Notes under the pieces: model-generated
Databases searched by the model: none
Seen by the model: only the letters and a program-made list of their open reading frames with translations
What the model was told of the DNA's origin: nothing
In this document: positions 51,597 through 59,625 of the stretch, in pieces
Position numbering within the stretch: the stretch's first letter is position 1
How the letters are laid out: each line of letters opens with the position of its first letter
Made by a program: the position numbers and the translations under genes
Assembly (NCBI GenBank): GCA_965116845.1
Contig: OZ220728.1
Location: 3,970,309-4,034,308 of the forward strand
DNA: 64,000 nucleotides
Direction of reading: 5' to 3'
DNA from: Vicinamibacterales bacterium
Lineage (GTDB): Bacteria > Acidobacteriota > Vicinamibacteria > Vicinamibacterales > UBA8438

Positions 51597-52835
51597 GAGC
51601 AGCCCGAGGTTGCAGCACGCCGCCTGGATAAGCACCCGCTTGCGGACATTCTCGTGACCGCGCACCCACACCCGCCGTAGCCCCCCGGTCTCCTACTGGT
51701 GCGCAAACGGCCGCTCCACCAGTTCCCCGCGGAGGCGTCGCAGACGACGACCGCGGTCGCCGCGCGTCCGGAGACGGTTCCCGTACAGCGCCTGCTGCGC
51801 GGCACGCTTCGCCGGCGGCGTTCTGCCGGTCCGCTGGTCCTGCCAGCGGCGCGGTCCCCGCTCCGGTTCCGAGATGTAGCTGCGAACCTCGAGCTCGTCG
51901 AGCGCCGCCAGGGTCTTGTCGCTGTGGTGCCCTTTGTCGGCCACCACCTCCGCGACCTCCGAACCCTCCGGCTGCACCGCCTCGACCTGCTCGGCTACCT
52001 CCGTCAGCGTCTCCGGCAACGTCGCCGAATCCCCCTCCGAGGCATCCTGCACGGTCACTCCAAGAATCGCCCCCGTCTCCAGGTCCACCCCGTGCTCCAC
52101 CTTGTGGGCCAGGTGCGTCCGACCGTCCTTCATCTTCGCGACTTTCGCATCCGAGTCCTGCGGTGACCCCCAGTCCTCGTTCGACGTCTTCCTGTTCTTC
52201 CGCGACCGGTCGAATCGCCCCAACTCCGCCCGCGTCGGCGTCGCAATCCCCGACGCCTCCGCCAGCCGCCGCACGAACGCTTCGTACGATTCTCCCGTGT
52301 CCCGACGCTCGATGCTCCGCATCGCCGCGTTCGCTTCCAGTGTCGTCGCATCCACGCCGACCGTCTTCCCCCGTACAAGACCCGCTTCCGCCACTCGCTC
52401 CAGAACCCACGTGAACACCGCCCGGTGGTCTCCACGTCGATCCGCCGCCGCGTCCGCGACACCGTCGAGTGGTCCGGTGCCGCCTCCGGCACCTCCAGAT
52501 CCAGAAACGACCGCAGGCTCATCGAGTCCGCCACCCGCCAAGCAATCCCACGCTCCGACGACAGACCCTCGAAGTAGTCGATGAACAGCAGACGGAAATA
52601 CCGCCCCGGTCGCAGACTCGGACGGCCCAGCCCGTCCGCGTAGAAGCTCGAGCACAGTCTCTCCACGAATGCGTCGAAACCCGACTCCGTCCGAATACCG
52701 GTTCAGACGCACGAAGAACGGATGACCGCCGCTCTTCGGAAGATCCTCTCGGCTTACCCACATCGGCGACGCCTGCCGCGCCGAAGGTCTCTTGTCCATC
52801 GCCATACCGTTCAGTGTACGGAAGCCGATCGCCAC
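51597..52835 (-). pseudogene. IS1182/IS5-type transposase pseudogene, frameshifted, with an internal stop, split by the IS3 (3' end continues at 50023..50202)
   Basis: FYADGLGRPSLRPGRYFRLLFIDYFEGLSSERGIAWRVADSMSLRSFL / AVFTWVLERVAEAGLVRGKTVGVDATTLEANAAMRSI...DKGHHSDKTL...ELVERPFAHQ*ETGGLRRVWVRGHENVRKRVLIQAACCNLGLL | LRCLTGVGTARSLEGR. Confidence 0.8.
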
Positions 52836-53273
52836 CGTCTACTCCGAGCCCGTCGAAACCCGACTTCTGCCACAGGCTGCCAAGCCTCTGGTGCAGCCCG
52901 TCAGCGAACCCGTGGCGGCGCTCTGTCGCCACGCAGGAAGCAGATCGCCTTGCTGCTCCTCTCCGAAGCCCCCCAGGTCCCAATCTTCCTCGCCGACCAG
53001 CTGACGCAGTCCGACCCGGCGCGCACGACCTGAATGCGCAACCCCCTCAAAACAGCGGCCTCCCCATTCCAGGTGGCAGTGATGACCTGCCACCTGCAGC
53101 GCTACCCGGCCGACAACGGGCGCCGCCACGTACTGGACCTCGCCAGTCCGCGTGCGACGACGCACGGCCGCCCGCGACGCAGCGGGTCGGTAGGCGAATG
53201 AGGCACGGGTCGATCCGTCGGCGGCTCACAGACCCTGGTCCTATCCGACCCCACGAGGACTCGCCACGCCCAG

Positions 53274-53696
53274 CTACGGCTCCCGCGACCCCGCCGTCTG
53301 TCGCCGTTCCTTGCTCGACGTGCCTTCCCGCCGCGCCGCCCAAAACGCCCGAACCCGCCCCGCGCTCGCTTCGCGTTGCGCCGCCGTCATGGCCGGCTTC
53401 TTCTGATTCGCGATCCGTTCGGCGATGACTTCATTCGTCCACGCTCCAATGTATGCGTTGTAAGCCGCTGCAACGCAATCTTCCGGGTGTTCGTACTCTG
53501 CCATGCAAGCAATGAGCATGATCAGCGACTCGCTGTACGGGTCCAGCATGCCGCGCGACTGATCCTCTATGTACTCACCGTACGCTGCATGGCAGCGTTC
53601 GTCCATGCGTTCAATGCGGGGCCACGTGATGTCGCCCGGCTCGCCGCCGTGTTCGTTGCACAAGGCCAGTACGAGATGTTCCGGCTGATAATGCAT
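53274..53696 (-). CDS. Hypothetical cytoplasmic protein
   Basis: ATG 53696 8 nt after AAGGGAG, which directly follows the upstream stop; 140 aa; lower GC. Confidence 0.5.
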   Translation of the reverse strand: MHYQPEHLVLALCNEHGGEPGDITWPRIERMDERCHAAYGEYIEDQSRGMLDPYSESLIMLIACMAEYEHPEDCVAAAYNAYIGAWTNEVIAERIANQKKPAMTAAQREASAGRVRAFWAARREGTSSKERRQTAGSREP

Positions 53697-54574
53697 ACAG
53701 AACGCTCCCTTCAAAAGTCGAATCCAAACCGTAAGCCCAAGGCGACATAGGTGTAGTCCCTTTCCGTCCTAAACTGACCGTGAGGATTTACGCCCTGATA
53801 GAAGCGAAAGTAGATTTCCCGCAGTATCCGCTCGTCCGACTGAACTCGCGACCGCAATCCAATTACGAAGTTGAACGAAAGCTGGTCGTCCTCAACCTCC
53901 TCGGGCGACGGACGATGATAATCGTAGATAGTCCGGTCGCGTATATCGCTGGACACGAAGACCGTATAAGGCCAGGCCCGGGGCCAACGCGAACGATACT
54001 CCACCCCCAACCACGGCTCATGGTTGCGCTTCGAAATCGGAATCTCTCTTGGGTTCTCCTCGGGTTCCAGCAACTTGTCACCGTAAAAGCCGTCCCGACC
54101 AAGCACTCCAATGTAACCACCGCGTACGGACAGACCAGAGGCAAACTCAAGCCCGCCCGCCATTTCCCAATACTCCCAACTCACGTTAATCCGTTCAAAG
54201 TTGTCGTGCTTCTGCTGCGCGAAAATCGTGAACTCGTCGCCAAGATGCGTGCTTTCATGCCCAAGGCCCACGCGCCCGTGGAGATCTACGCCTCGCCGAA
54301 CGGTTCTGCTAGCCTTGAACAACCCTCCAGCCCGATAGTCTGTGTTTACAATGGGATTGCTGTTGCCGTCCATATACTCGATCATATGGAACGAGATCGG
54401 AAACCAAAACCCGAAGCCCCAAGCGCCCCGACAGCGGGACAGAGCAGAATCACCACGGTCCTGTGATTCCTGGCCCCATATTGGAATCTCACGACCAAGC
54501 GAGATTTCCCAGACCGAGTGTGTTTCTTGGTCAGTCTTCGAGAACGGAAAACTGTCAGACCGCGCCGGATACTC

Positions 54575-56029
54575 GGGGATGTCCCGGACGCTGTTGGATT
54601 TGAGCTGATGTGAAACGGGTGGCAGCTCCTGCCCCTGTCTGTGGTAGGACAGGGGATGCAATCAGGAAAGGAGACTGCCACCCATGGCGAAGCATGACAG
54701 GCGGGAGACGTCCGGCCAAGCGCCCGACTCGCGACCCGTCACGATTCAGGTGCCGTTGCCGGTGCTGGGCGTGGTGCACGGGGTTCGAGAAGCGTTGCAC
54801 GGCTTGTGCATCGCGACGGGGCTGCAGGTCCTGGAGGCGATGATGGAGGCGGACCGGGAAGTACTGTGTGGCCCCAAGGGGCGCCACCAGGTCGAGCGGT
54901 CCACGTGGCGCGGCGGGAGCGCCGATAGTCAGGTGACGCTCGGCGGACGGCAGGTCGAGGTGCCACGGCTCCGGGTGCGGAGCGCGGGCGGCGAGGTACC
55001 GCTGGTGAGCTTCGAGTGGGCGTCGGCCGCCGACCCGCTGGACGAGCACACGCTGGCCGCGGTCGCCGCCGGGGTGTCGACGCGCCGCTACGCGAGCACG
55101 TTGGACCCGGTGCCGGCCGACGTGACGGAGCGGGCGACCTCGAGCAGTGCGGTGTCGCGGCGGTTCGTGGCGCTGTCGACGAAGCGGCTCGCGGCGTTTC
55201 TTGACCGGCCGTTGGGGGAGCTGGACCTGCGGGTGGTCTGCATCGACGGGAAGGTCTTCCGGGACCACTGCATGGTGATCGCGTTGGGGATCGACGCAGC
55301 GGGCCGGAAACACGTCCTGGGCCTGCGCGAGGGCGCCACCGAGACCGCTGCCGTCACCACCGGGCTGTTGAGCGACCTGGTGACGCGCGGCTTGCCGACG
55401 GACCGGACGTTGTTGTTCGTCATCGATGGCGCTCCGGGGCTGCGCCGGGCCATCACCGACGTCTTCGGGTCTCGCGGCGTGGTCCAGCGCTGCCAGGTGC
55501 ACAAGTGCCGGAACGTGCTCGGCCATCTTCCCGAGCGGCTGCACGCCTCGGTCGGCAAGGCGTTGCGGGATGCGTGGGACCTCGATTCGGCGGACCGCGC
55601 GGAGCGGGTGCTGCAGCGGCTGGCGGGGTCGCTGGAGCGCGACCACCCCGGGGCGGCCGCGTCCATCCGGGAGGGACTTGCCGAGACGCTGACCGTGCAG
55701 CGCCTCGGCCTGACGGGGGCGCTGCAACGTACGCTGCGCTCGACGAACATCATCGAGAACCTGAACGGCAGCGTCGAGCGCTATACGCGGAACCTCAAAC
55801 GGTGGCGTGGCGGCCAGATGATCGAGCGCTGGGTGGCGAGCGCGCTCGTCGAGGCGGAGAAGCACTTTCGGCGCATCCGCGGCTACCGCGACCTGCCGCA
55901 CTTCATCAGTGCTCTGGACACTGTGGCACCGCCCGATAGGGTGGTTGCTCACGTGGCGTAAGATAGGCGACTTCGTAGAAGAGACGGGGAGCGGCCACTC
56001 CCGAAGTTCAACAGCGAACGGGACAATCC
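54575..56029 (+). mobile_element. IS256-family insertion sequence with 8-bp target duplication GGATACTC
   Basis: IRL GGGGATGTCCCGGACGCTGTTGGATTTGAG vs reverse complement of IRR GGGATTGTCCCGTTCGCTGTTGAACTTCGGGAG; GGATACTC at 54567..54574 and 56030..56037. Confidence 0.88.
54684..55961 (+). CDS. IS256-family (mutator-type) transposase
   Basis: 425 aa; VVCIDGKVFRDHCMVIALGIDAAGRKHVLGL, LFVIDGAPGLRRAI, QRCQVHKCRNVL, STNIIENLNGSVER. Confidence 0.92.
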   Translation: MAKHDRRETSGQAPDSRPVTIQVPLPVLGVVHGVREALHGLCIATGLQVLEAMMEADREVLCGPKGRHQVERSTWRGGSADSQVTLGGRQVEVPRLRVRSAGGEVPLVSFEWASAADPLDEHTLAAVAAGVSTRRYASTLDPVPADVTERATSSSAVSRRFVALSTKRLAAFLDRPLGELDLRVVCIDGKVFRDHCMVIALGIDAAGRKHVLGLREGATETAAVTTGLLSDLVTRGLPTDRTLLFVIDGAPGLRRAITDVFGSRGVVQRCQVHKCRNVLGHLPERLHASVGKALRDAWDLDSADRAERVLQRLAGSLERDHPGAAASIREGLAETLTVQRLGLTGALQRTLRSTNIIENLNGSVERYTRNLKRWRGGQMIERWVASALVEAEKHFRRIRGYRDLPHFISALDTVAPPDRVVAHVA

Positions 56030-56214
56030 CGGATACTCTACGGCGGTTCTGGCGGCCCTCGGTTCGGAGCTGAGTGGGTCGAAATAGTCCCTGTTCTCAA
56101 AGAGCCAACTTTGCGTGTCTGGAAAGCCTCCGCAACTCGACTGAGCCCAAGCTGGGGAAACGTACGCCGACGTCAAGCACATGAGACAGACGACGAAGCT
56201 TTTTGAGCCTCGAC

Positions 56215-57150
56215 GCTTCGGGACTTCGTGTGGCCGTCCACGACGACCCGGTCGTGGTCGAGCCCTCCGAGATGGAAGTACAGCGCGTTGGGGAAGCCAT
56301 CCCAATTGCGATAGCCTCAGACGCACCACTTGCTCCACTGCGTTTTGGCCTTGCCCGCCTCGGAGCGAGCGTTCCTCAGCACGGCATCGGTCATCTCTTC
56401 GGGCGAGGTTCTTGATCGCCTCCAGGCGACCCCGAACCGCACACGCGTACCAGCGCCGCCACACCCACTCCGCCCAGCCTCGCGCGCGGAAGTTCCACAG
56501 CCGCATCACGAGGTCGTTGATCTCCCACGCTCGCGCCACCTTCAACGAGCACCGAGCAACGGCGTGAACGCCCGGCGTTCGCGCTGCGTCATGTTCTCGC
56601 AACGCTCCAACCGCAGGCAGCGCGTCTCCAACAGGCAGTCGTCGCCCGAACCTTCTTGAACGCAATCAAAGCCTCCGCGTGTTCGCGCACCGACCGGATG
56701 TAGGCCGGCCACATGTCCATCGCCCACCATCTGGACGCTTCCGCACCCCACCTTCGCCCACCGCGTCGAGTGACCGTCCCAGCGCCGCGCCAGCGCCCCC
56801 GTACGTTACGTACAGCACTCGCGACTGCGTCATCGTCGGCTCGCTGACAACCCACACGCAACTCGTGCTGCCGCCCGTACGACGTCCCGTATTGCCGAGC
56901 CACTACCGCGAGGCTCGCCACCTTCAGCCAGTCGATCGCCATCGACTCGAACAGCGCCCTGAAGCGCGACTCCGCTTGCACCCACGCCATCCGCACCTGC
57001 GGGACCCCCGTGCTCGCCACACCGCGCCCGCGACCTCCACACCCATTTCGACGGCGCCCTGTTTTCCAGACCTAACCGCACGTCGCGCACGCGCCACGGC
57101 CGCTCGCTCCCCAGTAACTTTCCTCAGAACTTTCCCCGGACGACAGGTCT
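56215..57150 (-). pseudogene. ISL3-family transposase pseudogene (multiple frameshifts)
   Basis: PQVRMAWVQAESRFRALFESMAIDWLKVASLAVVARQYGTSY / MDMWPAYIRSVREHAEALIAF / NMTQRERRAFTPL / KVARAWEINDLVMRLWNF..WRRWYACAVRGRLEAIKNLAR / GYRNWDGFPNALYFHLGGLD. Confidence 0.65.
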
Positions 57151-57238
57151 CGGCTTGACTCTCCGCCCGCTGCTTTCCGGCCGGCCGATCGGGCCCGACC
57201 CACCACCGGCGGCACGCTTGAGAGCGGCCCATTTTGCC

Positions 57239-58006
57239 CTATGGCATTGCGCCTATTAGAGTCGGTCCGTCTTTCATAAGGTGAAAGCCATGGGTTTCCG
57301 CCAGCCCACCAAGGTACCTTTCCGCCTCCATCCGCGATACATCGTCGAGTTCTCCCAGCGCCTGACGCAACGCCTCGTTTGGGACGATGTCAACAAAAGT
57401 TGTGGTGGCGGCTCTGAACTCGAGGATCAAGTCTGCTAGTCCTCCGTCGAGAACGGCATCTCTGGCCAGCTCGTGACCGCAAGAAGACGCCAGCAGGAGC
57501 AAATACCGGAAGCCCCTGTCCCCCTGGAACTGTTGGTACGTAAGGCCCGCGAGTAGAGCCCCGTCATCGTAGCTTTGTCTATCTTCGACGACAACGAGCT
57601 GTTCAAGATCAGAAGAATCCACGTACCGGGCCAGTAGCTCCGAAATGTCCACCGCAGCGTCTGTGCTCTCCAGGCCGGCTTCAAAGGCGTGAACCCGTGA
57701 TGAATCTTCGAGGGTGCCGGTTGCGTCCCATTCCCAGTAGTATTCCAACGCCGCAGCGGTTGGTATGTCTACGTCGAGAATACCACGTCGGGTCAAATCA
57801 TGGACTGTCTCATGGTGAAACACCGCCTGCACCCTGGTCTCGCTAGCCTCCCCAAAGTCAATGAATATATAGTTCCCGCGTGCCGCCGGCATATGCCGCC
57901 CTCTCACTACCGAAGAGGGAAGCAACGATTCTATCCACAACAATACGACGAACACCAAAGCACCCGCCATCAGCACCAGAAGGGGTCGTGAAAATTGTCG
58001 AGTCAT
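57239..58006 (-). CDS. Hypothetical single-pass membrane protein
   Basis: The ATG overlaps the upstream stop (ATGA); TM LLVLMAGALVFVVLLWI; acidic extracytoplasmic domain; lower GC. Confidence 0.5.
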   Translation of the reverse strand: MTRQFSRPLLVLMAGALVFVVLLWIESLLPSSVVRGRHMPAARGNYIFIDFGEASETRVQAVFHHETVHDLTRRGILDVDIPTAAALEYYWEWDATGTLEDSSRVHAFEAGLESTDAAVDISELLARYVDSSDLEQLVVVEDRQSYDDGALLAGLTYQQFQGDRGFRYLLLLASSCGHELARDAVLDGGLADLILEFRAATTTFVDIVPNEALRQALGELDDVSRMEAERYLGGLAETHGFHLMKDGPTLIGAMP

Positions 58007-58398
58007 TGTTGACCTCCAGCTCTGACAGCAAGCACGGACCGCCAAAAGAAACCGTTTTGAAAAGCAAGAAGCAGAGCCGTCGCGCCGTCCGGCAGTTCTT
58101 GGGCGACCTTGAAGACGGCGAAGAAGACGATGGGCGCCACCAGTACAGCTTGTGCGAAGGGACGGGAACGCCAGCCGGGATCAGGTTCGGGGTCGGGTTT
58201 GTGGAACTGGGTTTCCGCGTACATACCAAGAAGCATCGTCACAAAGAGTAGAATTCCACGTAGGGCTGTGTCGGCGCCCGAAATGGATCGGCGGATAGAG
58301 GGATCGCCCAAGTCCGGGACGACATACATCGAGCCGCCCATTGACAACGCGACACCACACAGTATTGCGCACGATGCGATTGCAGGCCGAAGCGACAT
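58003..58398 (-). CDS. Hypothetical integral membrane protein (about 4 TM)
   Basis: 131 aa, four hydrophobic stretches; coupled to the downstream gene. Confidence 0.5.
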   Translation of the reverse strand: MSLRPAIASCAILCGVALSMGGSMYVVPDLGDPSIRRSISGADTALRGILLFVTMLLGMYAETQFHKPDPEPDPGWRSRPFAQAVLVAPIVFFAVFKVAQELPDGATALLLAFQNGFFWRSVLAVRAGGQQ

Positions 58399-58647
58399 GC
58401 CGGGGTTCCTCCTATAGTGTACCGCAATGCTGCACCTGCCGCGTTAAGCAGGCGTGGTGGGACCGCCCGGTGGTACTTCGAAAACAGTTGGTCCCCGGCT
58501 CCACAAATTGATGCTCCTATGAAACCCCGCGCGGAAGACACCAGCGTTCCGCGACCCTGGTTCGTGGAACAATTGGCGCGGCACTACTTCGGTCCCTGCA
58601 AGCATTGTCCCCGATTCGGAGCTTCCGCGAACTTCACCCCTGGGACG

Positions 58648-59136
58648 CTAGCACGGGATGGGAAGACACCAGAATCCTGCCAGTCGGGAACTGCCGCCCG
58701 GGCCAGGATCTCCGGTTCGTGACGCTCGTCTTGAGCGGTGTTGGCAGTAGCGTTCGACGTCGGCGGCGGCACGACGGGCCGCCTCAAGTCCGATTGAGTC
58801 ACGGCCTGCCGCATGGCGCACGGCGCGCTCCGCTAACATCCACCCGACGGCGGTGACGGTTTCTCGGTCCTCGCGCCAGCTTTTGCCGTGACGTCGCAAT
58901 GCTGCCAGAAACTTGGCGCGAAAATGATCGTGCCACCAGATGACGGCCTCGTAGTCGACGGTCGTTCGCATGCCCACCGTCTGGCCCACCGCGAAGAAGC
59001 AGTCGGCCAGAACGTACTCGACCATCTGCTCCAGGTCCCGTGTGTCGGCGGCGGCATCAGCTAGGCCCCCTTCACCGAATTGCCCCGTGGCGCCAGAAAC
59101 TGTCTCCGGTCGCAGGGCCCGAGTTGCTTCCTTCAT
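58648..59136 (-). CDS. Small cytoplasmic protein, paralog 1 of a tandem pair downstream of the kinase
   Basis: ATG 59136 2 nt after the upstream TAA with GGGAGG in between; LEQMVEYVLADCFFAVGQTVG...VIWWHDHFRAKF...DRETVTAVGWMLAERAV...AADVERYCQ. Confidence 0.6.
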   Translation of the reverse strand: MKEATRALRPETVSGATGQFGEGGLADAAADTRDLEQMVEYVLADCFFAVGQTVGMRTTVDYEAVIWWHDHFRAKFLAALRRHGKSWREDRETVTAVGWMLAERAVRHAAGRDSIGLEAARRAAADVERYCQHRSRRASRTGDPGPGGSSRLAGFWCLPIPC

Positions 59137-59138
59137 CT

Positions 59139-59552
59139 TTACCTCCCTGTCGTTGGCGCGCGACGCGTTCCCGAACGGCTCCGAAACTGGAACGCCGCCG
59201 CCGCCGGATCCGTACACTGCTCCGGCGAGGGACCTTCGCGGGCCGTCCTCATTTGGCAGCCTTGCTCGACCTCGTCAGAGGCCCGCGACGCCGCCGGCAA
59301 ATCGATGACGGCCGCGGGACCGCAAGTCTCGACCGCTCGCTGACCGAGGTATCGACCCACCGCCGTCACTCGGCGGCGATCGGTGGACCAGACGGCCCCT
59401 CCCGTCGTGATTGCGTGGTGGAAGGCCCGGTGATACCTTTGGTGCCACCAACTCACCACGTCGAGGTCGAGGGTTTTTGTCGTGCCGACGGCCTGCCCTA
59501 CGGCCAGGAAGCAGTCGGACAGGATGTAGTCGAGGTCGGGGACCTCAGCCAT
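59139..59552 (-). CDS. Small cytoplasmic protein, paralog 2
   Basis: ATG 59552 after AAGGGAGG; VPDLDYILSDCFLAVGQAVG...VVSWWHQRYHRAF...DRRRVTAVGRYLGQRAV...SDEVEQGCQ. Confidence 0.6.
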   Translation of the reverse strand: MAEVPDLDYILSDCFLAVGQAVGTTKTLDLDVVSWWHQRYHRAFHHAITTGGAVWSTDRRRVTAVGRYLGQRAVETCGPAAVIDLPAASRASDEVEQGCQMRTAREGPSPEQCTDPAAAAFQFRSRSGTRRAPTTGR

Positions 59553-59625
59553 GGGCGCCTCCCTTCGCGGAATTCGTCGCTGAGGGGAGAACGCTCCGGG
59601 CGCCGATTCGGTACACCTCGACCGG

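Larger units (their letters stand above)
53711..56182 (-). pseudogene. DUF1207-like outer-membrane protein gene disrupted by IS256
   Basis: 3' part 53711..54574 (...GLGHESTHLGDEF...ALGLRFGFDF) and 5' part 56038..56182 (MCLTSAYVSPAWAQ...FENRDYFDPLSSEPRAARTAVEYP). Removing the IS and one TSD copy restores ...AVEYPARSDSFPFSKTD... Confidence 0.75.
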
